A stretch of DNA of 62,025 bases, counting the filler, from Choristocarpus tenellus KU-1152 (Eukaryota; Protista; Phaeophyceae), in NCBI GenBank assembly GCA_964200185.2. It is 8 parts of 8 records of this genome, joined end to end, with 100 filler letters (N's around TTAATTAATTAA, not from the genome) between each part and the next. Parts side by side here need not be neighbours in the genome. Positions count along the whole stretch, not along the records: positions 39,687 to 55,201 come from CAXNAD020000984.1; 7 more parts are not named here. The stretch is one strand, 5' to 3'. Positions 39,587-52,910 of this stretch are shown here, piece by piece (position 1 is the first letter of the stretch; the number at the start of each line of letters is the position of its first letter). The notes beneath the pieces were generated by a model. The model saw nothing but the letters and a program-made list of their open reading frames with translations, ran no database searches and was not told where the DNA came from. The position numbers and the translations under genes were made by a program.

Positions 39587-42500
39587 NNNNNNNNNNNNNN
39601 NNNNNNNNNNNNNNNNNNNNNNNNNNNNNNTTAATTAATTAANNNNNNNNNNNNNNNNNNNNNNNNNNNNNNNNNNNNNNNNNNNNCCGCTAATAAACAT
39701 ATCCATACCACACAAAGCAAAATACTCTACTTGAGTAGCTCTCTTTTGCATACAGTCATAGCGCTCTTGTTGCAGACCACCCTACATTCTGTAGGTATTA
39801 ATTATATAGACAGTAAAGCTATTGGGTACAGTTGTGATAGATACCACCAGATCCGGACTGTCTTTCCTGCAACGGTTGACCATAACACACAGAAGAAGAG
39901 GAAAGTCTGATCGACTGTCCCCACCTTTAAATTTTATTGTATTTGTATGGCCAAACCAATTTTAGAGATGCGCCTAATCTTGCCAGCAAGAGCATTCTGT
40001 CTTACACTTGTTTACTTATTTGTCATGCCAATCTTTGTTGCATCCCAAAATTCCATGTTCGAAACTCTGGATATGTGCTTGTCAAGTGTAATGTCTCAAA
40101 CTATGTGCGGTTTGGTGAGTGTTTTAATGCTTGCATTGGCATCATCAAGGAAAGCGCCACACATGGAGGAGTTTGTGGTTACTGCACCCGACAATCCATT
40201 AAAAAGTTGAATTTTGGGAACTTTGATCAGTTCTGAAGTATTTTCATTAGAAGACTGATTTTGCAGAAAGTTTATTGGATAAAGTAAAGCGGTGCGAAGA
40301 TGTACTTCTTTGGATTGCAATTTTGACCAGCCCATAATTCCAGTAACCAGTGACACCTCCATATAGCATCTTATTCTCTGTGATGCCAATGCCATCAACA
40401 TTATCCAAACCCAACAAGCGTGTATACACGGAGAGGATGCGCTCAGTATGCCGCTATGTTGAAATAGGTAAGGCAGAATTATGTGACACTGACAGAATGG
40501 GCACTTTTTCATTAGGTGAAAGAGGGAAAAAGTCTCCCATTAGAATTGTAAAAGTTGAAAACCACATGTCATCCTCAATCTGTTGTTCGTCTATGGGTGA
40601 ATGTTTCTCAGAAATTTCTTGGAAACAAGCCTCTCATGACCCTCCCCAAACCAGCACAGAAGAGGGATTCTAAGAAATGCTAGTTTTCATGACGTTACCT
40701 GTCCTTCTTTCCATCCCCTCCTCTGCCTCACGTGTGATGGATGACTTGTGCCTCTTTATGTGTCTTGCATGCAAACCCCTGTCTGCCTGGGCCAGTTCAT
40801 GTCCTCCTTCAGTCAGAATACCCAACATGGACCAGAGGTTATGGTTGTACCCACAAACGTCTTGGACAGGTAATGACAAGCTTCCAAAGGCGTAAGGGTG
40901 GAACTGAATGGGGTTGTTTATCCCACTCTCTGGCAGCAAGAATATTCGTGTGACACATCCATGACCCACACTCAACTGCCCCAAATGCAAGCCACACTCA
41001 TTGTGTCTTCATGGGTTTGAGTCAAAGCACACTCATGCCCAGCATCTATGGGCTTAATCTGCTGACCTAAACCCGGAGATCAAAGCCTACATGGAGTATT
41101 TTTTCTTTGAGTTCATAGTCTACACTATGTTGTGCTTTGTCACCTGAGCATCAAAAGTTCGGTGTTGCCGTCATGAATGCTTGTAGCAATGTTTACTATT
41201 ACATACATTCCATTCGAGATTGACCGCACACCTTTCCTTATTACACATTTGCATCTACTCTATGTATGTTGGCTGTATCGGTTCATGACAGGTGGATATC
41301 AAGGTTCGAGTCCAAGTACAGCCGAGACCCAAACTTCATGCTGAAAGACTAATTACACTAGTGGGGAATGGTGGGAGGGGCCTGCATCATAATTTGTTAT
41401 GTAGTAAGACATCCAAGGAAATTTCGTTTTGATCCTCTATTTTGATCTCTCAGAATATCAGAATGCGGGACTTCATGCTGCACCATATGTTTATGTCATT
41501 TTCTGATGTTTTCCTAGACAACCTTTCTCCATGAATGGAAAGCAAACACTGATGATGTATTTGAGGGGGCTTGTAATTATTGATGAAACGTGATCGAAGT
41601 ATTGCCTCTACAAATGGCGCATCACCATGCAATGTGTCATTCAGAGCCAAAAAGAAGGGCATGCAAGGCTCGAACAGATTGATTTCATTTTCATTCTTGT
41701 TATGCGTCATGCCCGCAGGTTGAAATATCAAACAAAATCAATCCGTTCGATACATGTGTGCACAAAGCAAAACAGGACCTATTCAATCTCACGACGACCA
41801 CAGTTACGATCACAGGAATCGCACACACACTGGGAAAGGGTTGGTGGGAGGATTGGAATCCAGTTGAGGAACGCCCAGCCTCCCAAGCCTGCCTGCATAG
41901 TTTAGAAGAATTTTTATCACCTGTACTACCTGAAACGGAGCTAGTAGTGAATTCATAACCCTCTGTGATGATGATGCAAATCACTCAAAACTATCTCGGG
42001 TTTCTCTAGTCCTGTGTAACGGTTCTGCCTCTTTACTCTTCCTCCCATGAGGGAAGTAACAGCCCATGCAGCTCCTCGGAGGGGTGCCTCCTCGAATGGG
42101 ATCCGTTGGGTCCTTCCAGCATAGTGACCCGTCGGCAAAAACCTTCAGGTACACCTATCACAATGTGCCAACAGGGACTGTCGCCACATCCCTCAGAGAT
42201 TGTTCCAAACTTTCTTTGCACCTGCAGGTGTTTATCATACCTACATAAAACACTCAGCATTTATACAACAAGCTTTGTGGCGGATAGGAAATTCAAGGAA
42301 ATTGTGATAGGTTATGCACGTCAGTCCAAAGCAGCGGCTAAGGTCATCCAAATCGCAACACCACCACCATCACTGTTGAATGCTGGTTCTCCTGGTATTC
42401 TCTTGTTTTTCTTGTATTCATCTTCCTTTTTTTCTTTCCTTTTGATATTATTTTTGAGTGGCAATTCTTTTTTCGTTTGTGTGTTCTCTTTTTTTGTTTT

Positions 42501-45500
42501 TGTATTCTCTTATGTCGTTTGTGTGCTCTCTTATTTCATTTGTGTTTTCTCTTATTTTCATCTCTCTTCTCTCTCTTCTTTCACACCCTTGCTTTTTGAT
42601 GCCTTCTCAACTCATGTGCATTGCCTTCCTTAAACTACCTTTTCAAACACAGGTCTAGGATCCTGTGATTGTGTTGAAACTTTGAGAAATGTAAATCATT
42701 TTTCAGGACAGGAATCTAAGTGGAGGGAGGAGCAACCTACGTATCCTTTGTTGCTGTCAATGAACATTGCCTCTGCCGGTGTGGTGTATTACTAGTTTCT
42801 CCTTATTTGACACTCGATCGACCCCTGCTCTTCTGTTTGATGAGATTTCAGTATACATGTGATGGAGATTCAAGTGTGAGGAGTGAATGTTGACCTTTTT
42901 GACTGACGTTTTTTCAAGAAACCTTGACCTAAACGTCCCGGTTGCGTGGATCTTTGATGGATGGGCGGCGATAACTCCCTACCAGTCAAACTATGCCAAT
43001 CAGACTGCTTGCATCACTTGGACTACTATCGGCCAACCAATGCTAGGTACATTGCTACTTGTTGCTTGGATCACACACACAACGCTAATCAGTAACACCG
43101 TGGACACATTACCGGTGTTGGAAACCATAAATCTTGTTGCCTACCAAGCTAATGGAAATCCCCTGTTCTGAGGTCGTTTCCTCGTGTGCTGGCAGCGTGT
43201 TTGTGGGAAAGCTGACTATTGCGTACTCACACACATGAAACATAATACATAGTTGGAAAGGGGGACCCGAGAATAGACGTGGCACCAAGAGGAAGAAATC
43301 CCTGGCTACACGATGTTTCGTCTTTTGTTTTCCGAGGCCAACAGCGATAAGACTGGCAACCCTATTTAAACTCTTGAGAAGTTTGAACTCGAAAACGACA
43401 AGGAGGACAAAACAAGGTGGAAGGGAGTGGCAACCAGACCAAGGGTGAGAGATGCACTTCAACAAGCCGTGATGGAAAATATTCACACGCAACAACGACC
43501 AGTTGACATCTCGTATGCTCCGTACGACTTTTCAGTATACCAAAATATTTGGGGAGCTGATGACTATTGATGATATCAGCACATTAACCCACATTAAGAA
43601 CCAGTGACACCCTGCAGATCACAGCAGCCATGTGCATACAATAAGTGTTTGTTGTTGATTGTTCAGTGGTAAGTTGCTTTTCAGAGTCTGAGGGATGTAT
43701 GGATGTGCGGTGTGTCCTGCGTTCTCGCGAGTAACGCCTCAAAAAATACACATTCGCGGTTCAATTTAGGTGGAGTACATTGGATTGTTTGGAGCCCATG
43801 TATGACATGCTTACAATAGATCCTTTGGATTCACAAAACTACTAGATCGCGACATTTTGTTGCACCTAAATTTCATGAGGTTGAGTTTGAGTAGCACAGC
43901 AACAGTCAAGTCTTGTCTCCTGCTAATAATACAGGTGATGTGCTTGATGATAAAAGGCTTGCATACAATGAAGAACGCTTAGTGCAGTAGGAAGGAAAAG
44001 TATATGGTAGAGGCAGCACTATCAGCCCATTCAATGGGGGTTTGCAATACCAGTCTATTCTCTTGAGGGTGAAGATTCCACCGTGGTATACGCATCAGGG
44101 GGGTGGCTGCTGCTATAGTTGATGGTGAAAAGATTCTACACACCTAAATCACGTCCAACCCGAGGAGGTAGGAGACACAATGCAAAAACATTCCTCATTT
44201 ACGCTCCTGATAGTACACCATATCTCGTCACATTGAAGCAACGAAAATGCTTGGTCCCGTCCGTCCCTGTCAACCATACTGGGGGTCGGACACCAAGACG
44301 GAACCTAGTCTATACATACAGCATCTAATCCTCTCTATTGGGTCCATTTTCCACCTTTTAGTCATACTGTATTTTGGGACATTCGGTTGAAACAAAAAGC
44401 TGTGTGATTTGTTGGCTTACTACTAGCAGTGCCTTGTCACCACCTTCAAATACTCAAGTGCTTGCCTCCAGAACCCCCATTACGACACTCTCAACACCTC
44501 CCATTCCATTCATCATCACTTTTGTCCTACAAGAGCTTTGGTACAATACGGATCTGCAGCTTGAGATCCCAAACTCATTGCAGGAGCAGCCGAAGTGGCC
44601 ACACCATAATCCATTTACCACCTCACACCCTCAACCGGGTGCATCAAGGCAATATCTCGGATCCAGGAACTGTGCTCTCTGCACTCCTGGTGTATGTTTT
44701 CCCCATTCCACCTGGCGCAGCATCAACGACACTCGGATGTTAATGAGCAGGTTCACGATCTGAATTTATTGCAGGACCAGCCAAAGTTGGCACACCATTG
44801 TCCCCTCTCATACCCCCCCCCCATTCAGGTGTACACTGGAGTTGCACCAGAATATTCAACCAGCACCACGGCCTAACGGTCCACCCTCCACCTGATACAG
44901 CATCACCTTCTCCCAGATGTGAGGAGAAACCTTCCGCAATAGTCCTTGCGTAGGGGGGTGCACCAGGATACTCACTCTTAGAGGATGGCATAGGAGAGAA
45001 TGTGGGCGCTTAAGTGGATCCGTCACCTTCCCCTGCCGTCGTTTCCGAGCCTCATTCGTCACATCTTGACTATAAGAAGAGATGGAAGTGGGGCCTGGAA
45101 GAAACTATATACATCTGCCCCGGCCCATGAGAGCCATCTGTGAATATCTTGACGTCAAAGGCGGATGATCACAAGGCAGTGCCATTGATATGGGCTTCAA
45201 AACAGGTGTCGGAAGCCCATGTCAATATTGTGCTCGAAGTACAACTACACTGTCACCAACACACATATTCAAGGCCTTTTGATTTTCAGGTATTGCTGGG
45301 CAGGCAAGACCAAAAGCTCCAATTGCCACCGCTTTCAACTGAGCCAACAAATCAAACGAACACAAGGTACCCTCCTTGTTGATCGAGGTAGAAAAGAAAG
45401 AAGGTACCCAGGGTCTAGGTCAACAGGAGCACACATATAGGGGATACAATGTGCACAAGGAACACCAACCACTGTGTTACCCAAAATTGTGCTTGCATTG

Positions 45501-48500
45501 TAACTACCGTGTTATCTCCTTCTATTGGCAGCCCACCAACACAGCGCACTCATGAATACACCCACTGCACCTTATTTTATCTTCTTCTCTGCCCGTCCTC
45601 CTCCCAGGCGCACACAGATCAAACAGCCAAAATTCGATACTACGCACACACACAAAATACAATCATTTGAACTACGGACAATGAGAAGCATCGGGTGCTT
45701 ATCATATCAAGAACAATTGAATGGAGGATAAAAGGTTCGACCATACCAAGCTTCCGCATCATGAAGACATCTGACAGCTGCACCTCCTCCAAGACAAACA
45801 AGGCCACACGGATGAAGACCCAAGCTACAGCCTCACATTGTCGCTACCACTCCTTCAGGCTGTTGGCGATTGCTTGCTCAAGTTGATCGTTGTCATTGGC
45901 CTGTGGAAGAACGATTTGAATTGAATAGCATCACAAACAATATGATGGGAAGTGCCAACTTCGTCAGTTACACTGAAAAATATACTCTAAGTTTCACAGG
46001 GTCAATACGGACAGAGTGGCAACGAAGTACACGGGCTGTGATTGCTTGGAAAAAGCACAAAAATTGAATTTACAAAGGATGATCAAGTCAGCTGTGAGAA
46101 TGTGCTGTGTCAGGGGGTACCTGTCGGCGGCACTAAGCTGTTGAAGCATGGCATGTCAGCCTAATCAACAACTTAAAACGGATACACTAGTAACTGATCC
46201 TGCCAATTCCTGGTATTGGCACTAACCAATGATAAATTTACTAACTCAGTATAATCTTGACAATATTCTTCATGTCAGAAGCAGCCTGTGAACTCCTCCA
46301 TGCGCAGAAACCCCATAGAAGGGAGAGAGGTTTGTCTGGGCTGAACCTTACGTAAGGTTCTTGAGGTGACGGATACTGCATGCATGATTTCAGTCAAGAC
46401 CGAAAATTAGTAAGCCTACCTCAGGCAATGGTACCCTTTGCCGAGGAAAGATTGGTCCATGTCATTGTGAGGCTACATGGTGTGTTCTTTGTGTTACAGA
46501 TAAATGCTAGCGCAACGAACAATGTCTCAGCAATCACCATGATACATAACATGGGTACTACCGCAGATATGCCAAGTGCATTCAAACATCCTGCACACAC
46601 CAGCATAGACGAGAGTTGTTTCCCAGCTTTGTCAAATCAGATGGAACCTGCACCAACTGCAATAGTGTTCTCTGGATCAAGTCGAAACAATGCGTAGAGC
46701 TACGTTGATACTCTTACGAGAGGTTGACCAAGGTCAAGCCAAAGAGTCAAAGTAAATGATAGGTACCCAGGTTTTGATTGTTTTTCATTGTGAGTCGTTT
46801 ATTTTTTATTTTTTAGCAATTCGTCCAGGTTTCTGTACATGAATTGCGAAGTTTGACTTCAGGGTGCTGATTTCTCTGTTGTTGGAGACTTTTGACAGAA
46901 TTCAGAAAATATCCTACATGCACTTCAAAAATAAGCCGAATTTTGGACATATTTGTTAGGATCCTTAGAGTGTGAGTGTGGGTACCTCTTGTTCATTTTG
47001 ACTCAAAGCAACTCCCTAATTTTTCGCATGAAAACCACTGAAAGTGTACCCCTAGCTTCAGAGCAGTATGGTGCACTCTGTGGTATCGAATACTCTGGGG
47101 CACAAGTGAAGACCACTATGAAAAACATGCTTTGGGTGGGACTTGACCAAGATTCTTTTTTTTCACCGTTGCAACCAGTGGGGGTGCTGCAGTCATATCC
47201 TGGATCCAGATCCTCTTCATCTCACGACCCAATTCTGAGGACTTGTCCACAAGAACCTCATAGTGGCCGCCGCAGAAGTATGTCTGCACACTCCTGGCCG
47301 CCACTAAGGAGTGATCATTGTCACGGGGTTTCCAGATGGTTCTCCCGATGTGCTCCATGTGCGAGTACATCTGCAGTTCATAAGGATAGAACGAGGATAG
47401 ATGGAGGTGGGGCTAGGAATGGGCGGGATGATGACCATATTGCTGAGGCTTGTGAAGTTCATATGGTCCCGTGTGGCAGTTGGACTATGGGACTGGCACT
47501 TGACACAGACTCTTGCCTGGACTTGTCCATTGGATTGGAAGGATCCCTTGACCTGGCAGCCCAGGGCCCAAGTCAACGCACTCCCACCCCCACTGGTGTA
47601 TGGAGCGATGTCCTTGCACAGCATTTTGACACTCTGCTCCTCCAGTGCCTTATCCGTCTCCGGGCCCTGCAGAAGTCCCAAGGTCATTTATGGGCAGGGA
47701 TTTGTCAAGTGATGATGTGTGAGCGTGTGCACTCCAAGCCAACCGCAGCAAGAGATACAGTATGGTGTGTGTGTGAACAGGTGGGTACCGCGATGAGATT
47801 ATTGATAGAATTCTCACAAGGTACTGATCGCTCTGGTTTAGCAAGAGCAGGCCTTCCAGGTGCAATAGCCTCCCAAGAATGACCAATGCCCGGTCAATCC
47901 TCCCCCTCGCGTCATTCAAGAGTGTTCTCAGTGCTTCCTGTGCTGTCTTCACGCCAGCCTCTTGTTCTGCACAGAATGAGAGGAATTTGAGCCCCTCCTG
48001 AATTTCTCTGCCATAGCGAGACTTTGTTAATGAACGGGGAAACAGCAGGGTTGTGGGGGGAGGAGTGGGCGGTTGATTGATTGTATTTGCAAGTTCTAAA
48101 CTGACAATTGGCAAGCATTGCAACTTGCAACAAGCGGGCGATCACCATGCCTCCTTCAACACATCTTGACCAAGCATAGAAGTAGGTACTAGGGAAACTG
48201 CTCCAGGCGCATTTCCATCTCAGTAGTCTCATTCCTTCTTGGTATGATCTGAAAATTAGAAGGCTTTGTGAGGGCGGGTCTATTACCACCCCGTGTGCTT
48301 CTACATATCGAAATTGCCCAATCTAGTGTGAAATCCACAGTGTGTGTAAACGGATCCAATCGATTTAGTGGGAGGCAATGAATTCTGTTGGAACGCTCAA
48401 GTAGAAAATGTTCTGATTGTGTCGGGGAATGTTTATGAACCACTTCCTGCACAGTATACCCACTTCCAAACAGCACTATTATTTCCTTGTAAAGATGATT

Positions 48501-50331
48501 TAATGGATCGTACTCCAAAAATATATATTCCCTCTTGGATCTGCTGCCTGATACATGCATGCAACCAAGAAGCACAGTTCTTCAACATGTAATTGTCTTG
48601 CGATTCTTCCTTCGTGCTAGCATGATTTGAATTTTCCAAACATCGCCACAGTTGGGGCTAAGCATTGCTGTAAATCATCGGGGCCTATTCACCACCAACT
48701 CAAATCTAAGGTTTCACAACACCCTTCCAAAGTCTACTCAACTCTGCCGTGGCCAAAGGGCTAACCCTAATCCTGGCCTACATAGTTTGATCAATGTCAC
48801 TTCCCCCTCATTGAGGATGAGTCATCACGCATGGAATGAAAAATCATCTTCATTGTTCTAGGCTGGGCCATCCAGTTTGATCCTCACATCAACCTCCAAC
48901 TATGACCCTGACCCTAACTCTGACCCTAACTCTGATCCTAAACGCAGCAATGGGTACTACCAGCAGGAAAAACAGCAAAACATCTTCCACCAGCAGTGAT
49001 TTGTTCCATCTCTTTTGTGTAACAGGGCTCAGAAAGATGCTGAAGGACAAAGCCAACTGTCCGTATGACCAACACGTAAAGTGTTGTAAGAAAAATCACC
49101 TTGATCCAGGTGTCGGGCACCAAGCTCTGGCGGAGCGTTGCCTTGAGCTTATTCCACACCCGACTGGTCTCAGCTGTCTCCATGACCAAGGTGAGGATAA
49201 TGCAGAGCATCTCCGCCCGGAAAAAGCAGTTGCCATCCCCAACACAGCGAACCACGAGGTTGTTGTTTTGGTCCAACCAGGGTAACCCAAAGCCCGCTCT
49301 TTCCTCCCAGGGCTTTCCCGGGGAGACAAGTTGCCCAGGCGAGACCAGCAGAAGTTTCTGGTGTAAGGACAAAGAGAGAGACAAAGGTGAGCAGAGGCAA
49401 TACCTGGATGTGGAATCAAAGGAGTGGGAAAGACCCCAACGCCTGTGGCTTTTGCTACTGCTCTCTTCTTCCCCAGCCTGCTGTAATGAACCCGTAACCA
49501 TCGCCTTGCCAACTCAAACAGTTGTAGAAGAAGTTTAGCACTGGACACATTGTTGGTCACAACCACCCTCCACAGTGCTCAAAACACAAGATAAGCATTC
49601 CAAGAGGAAGTTGCGAGAGCTCCGAGCTGATACCACTCAGATCTACGTCAAAGGAATGTGCCTCGCCAAGCTCACCCGTAAAGAAAGTTAGCAACTTCTG
49701 TAGCTATACGGTCAGAGATACGAGACAGAAATAATTGTTGGAGATCAATTCTTGTTAACCAGTATTGTGCTAGGCATGGCAGTCCTTGGGGTTGATCACA
49801 CCAAGGACTCACACATAAATGATCAGTGTTAGCAGATCACACCAAGGTTTTATACGTAAGTGATCAGTGCTAGCAGAGTTCAAGGTTCGCAGTGAGCTGC
49901 ATTTTGCCAGAGATGTCTCCCAGCTTCAAAGTATATTAACTCGAGGTTAGAGAGAAAAATGTTGTCCCTGTTAGGAACAACACCTGGTGCAGAGCCCTTT
50001 GTCCTGCCATCACTAAGCCAGAGATGGTGTATTGCGTTTACTGACTATACCGGTCAAGTAGCACTGCAAGCCTTTACCAGATTGAAATCCCAGTCAGGGG
50101 TCGACCAAATAGTCGTTCCAGACTTCGGCGCAACACACATGTACCTTGCAGAAACACTCAAAATGTTCAATCGACGCCTTTGATCCTAAAATGAATTTCC
50201 CCTGGCTCAATCTTGATGGGAAAATCGACAATGGAAGATTTCAGTTAAGACATGGGAAGCGGAGGAGGTGTAACTGTGGCTAAGAATGGCCCTGTGATAA
50301 ACATTCATTGCTACAGGCCAAAGTTATTTTG

Positions 50332-50596
50332 GAGTCAAAGTATCTTAGAGGGTAGAGCCACGTCCATTTGGGGGCCAAACTCCAATGTTGTGATTTTGAT
50401 GCAATTTTGGCTATCATGTTTGCTAGGAAGTTTCAATAACCTTGTTCCGGACACACCTTTTCATAACGTATACATTTTACCTTACTCCAAAACGTTTTGG
50501 AGTAGGAAAACGTCATTAAAAACAAACAACATGGGAAGCCAAGCCCCAAACGGACAAACAGGGCAAAAATCGTACCCTCTAAGATACTTTTACTAC
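50332..50596 (+). mobile_element. MITE family A copy 5
   Basis: GAGTCAAAGTATCTTAGAGGGTA…TACCCTCTAAGATACTTTTACTAC; TSD TTG (50329-50331 and 50597-50599). Confidence 0.9.
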
Positions 50597-52847
50597 TTGG
50601 ATTCCACCTAGTAAGAGATACAATTTCCTCCCTAAAATGAACATACTCTTTTGATGTAACACAAGCCAACACTCTCCCAATATACATTCAGCACACCTAT
50701 GCTATTGTTTGCATTAGTCTGAATAGTCCCAAACCTGCAGTCAAAGGGTAGTTGCAGGAAAGGCAACAATGCTCTGGGTAGTTACTCGAGGATATATACC
50801 TTACTGCAAAAATAATATTACTCAATATTTGCAAAGAATACAAAGAAAGAAAATGAATTTAGCTAAGAAGGGCAGCGGAGACAAACCCAGGCATAACGGA
50901 CTAGCACCCGATAGCTGGAAAACCTGAAGACAGTCAATACTCTCAAAGGAAGAGGACAAAACTGGACAGAGGAAAGTTGGATCCCCAATACATCTGTGAA
51001 TAATTTTTAAAAGCCGAATAGTTCTGGCCAGTTACCTACAAAAATACCACTCAACAACAACATTTGCAGCACCTGTGGGCACCTCCCACCAACTTGCCAC
51101 CAAAGTCCAGCAAAATACTTCCATACCCACACCACATCATCACTGGTGATTCTACCCGCATGAAGAAGAAAAGCCGATGGACCAAATATATTTTTCCAAA
51201 ACAACCCCCCTGTCCACACAAATCATCCTTGTCAAACGTCCTGCTCCGTCCTGGGTCTAAGATAGACTGGCCTCCATGCCCACTTCCGGTGTCAAATGGA
51301 CAACAGCCTGAAGTTTGCCCCCTTCCACCGCCTCCACCTTCACCCCCATGCCCAACTCCACATCCCATTTTCCCCCTTCCCCCCCTTCTCCTCCTTCCCC
51401 CCCTCCCACCACCTACATCCCAACTCCCATCCTTACCCCCAACTCCACCTCCCCTTCCACCCCCAAGCCCAGACCTCTTCTCCTTCTCCGTCTCCCTTGA
51501 AGAGGCTGCATTCTTCCCCTTGTCCTCACCACTGTCCCTCCCAGCACTACCTTCTTCCTCCTCACATGAAGTGCTGCAACCCGGTGCGGTTCTACCAGCA
51601 GATGAAGGAGCCGCGTTGACCTCCATGAGAACTTCTGATGAGGATGCAGTCTCACAAATGTCCTCTCCTCCCTGGTTGACCCAAAAAGGAACGATGAGTG
51701 TGATTGAGGTAAAGAAGACCGAGGGGGGATTGCACATGGTTTGGTGGAACGCATAGATAGGTGCAGGGATGGTATGTGCAATGCCTTTAATGACAAGCCT
51801 TGTTCAAGGTGGCATAGCGCATTCTTGTGTAGAGACAATACACTTCCCTCACTTCCCAAGGCTATTTAGATTACCAACTTGCAGTAAGGAATACCGACCT
51901 TCTTTACCTCTACCATGAACCACATACATTATTCCCGGAAATGAAGTAAAGTCCCATGCCACCTTTGAAGAGGACAAAACCTAACACTAACGGATGATGA
52001 GAGACTTCTTGTGGAGAAACACGATTCTTCCCCTGTGTAGGTCATGCAAGGATGGATGGGGAGGATTTGCTGGATACTATTCTCGTAGTATGCATATAGG
52101 ATGAGAGAACAACCCCACCAGAAGAACAAAAATAGCGCTGCAACATCTGGGATGCCAAGGCCTTACTCTTTCTCCTTCCACCTCTGTCCCCGCCACCTCT
52201 AACCCCCAAACTGCAGTTTTGTCATTCTGGCTCTCTCTCGCTACCAAGTGCAGAACTGTCAAGCAAAGACAGAAGTGATATTTGGGATATCTAGATTTTC
52301 TAGAGTCAATCTACCGATATCTTAGGAGGTATCTGAACCTAGAGAAGAGAAACAAAGTGCATTTCTTGCAGTTCGGTTGTTTAGGTTGGTTACCGGACGG
52401 TGAAACAATCTGGAGCAGCTTCACAGTTTGGGGTAGCACTCTGCAGCATCATAATATCCCTCTGTAGCACTTCTCAACATCACAGAGTTACGTAGTAGTG
52501 CTTTGACTCTCACCACCTCCTCCTTGCAGTAAAATCTCATACAATTTCCCACCCCTGGTGGAAGGTATGTGAACTCCTCAAATGTGCACATATGTTGGAC
52601 CAATAGTTGAGTGTGAATGATTGGAAAGAAATTCAATGCCATATGATTTGGCAAAATTCCACATAAGACCTGATAAAACATAGAGAAAGAGGAATAGTGA
52701 GTTCACTACAACTCACCAATAATTTGCAGTAATTCATATCTATTTACGTTTTCCCTTTTACTCACTAGAGTGGGTTCGCCATAAGTCATCGCAAATCTCA
52801 CATTGATTCACTTTTTGTTTTGGGAGCTAAATGACTATCTATTGATT

Positions 52848-52910
52848 CAGTGTGGCTTAGTTGGTAAGGCCTAAGGCCTCAAACCGATTGGTTTGATCTG
52901 ATCTGGGCCA
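52848..52910 (+). mobile_element. tRNA-derived SINE-like head (Pol III A box plus degenerate B box)
   Basis: TGGCTTAGTTGG (A box) followed ~25 nt later by GGTTTGATCT; no full cloverleaf. Confidence 0.4.

Noticed and set aside
41271-41323. tRNA gene (GGCTGTA…GGTTCGAGTCC…TACAGCC)
   Set aside because: Only 53 nt, the T-stem does not pair, and there are no D or anticodon arms.
42887-43500. hAT transposase (IFDGW…TRW-like motifs)
   Set aside because: The motifs lie in broken frames and are too weak to call without a profile search.
46380-48600. MULE transposase (CRFHL-like motif) and the 309-aa ORF 46953-47882
   Set aside because: Single short motif next to stops; the ORF has no recognisable domain or coding-like composition.
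51051-51756. Pro-rich and Gly-rich ~230-aa ORFs
   Set aside because: Low-complexity C-rich DNA is open on both strands, with no family evidence.
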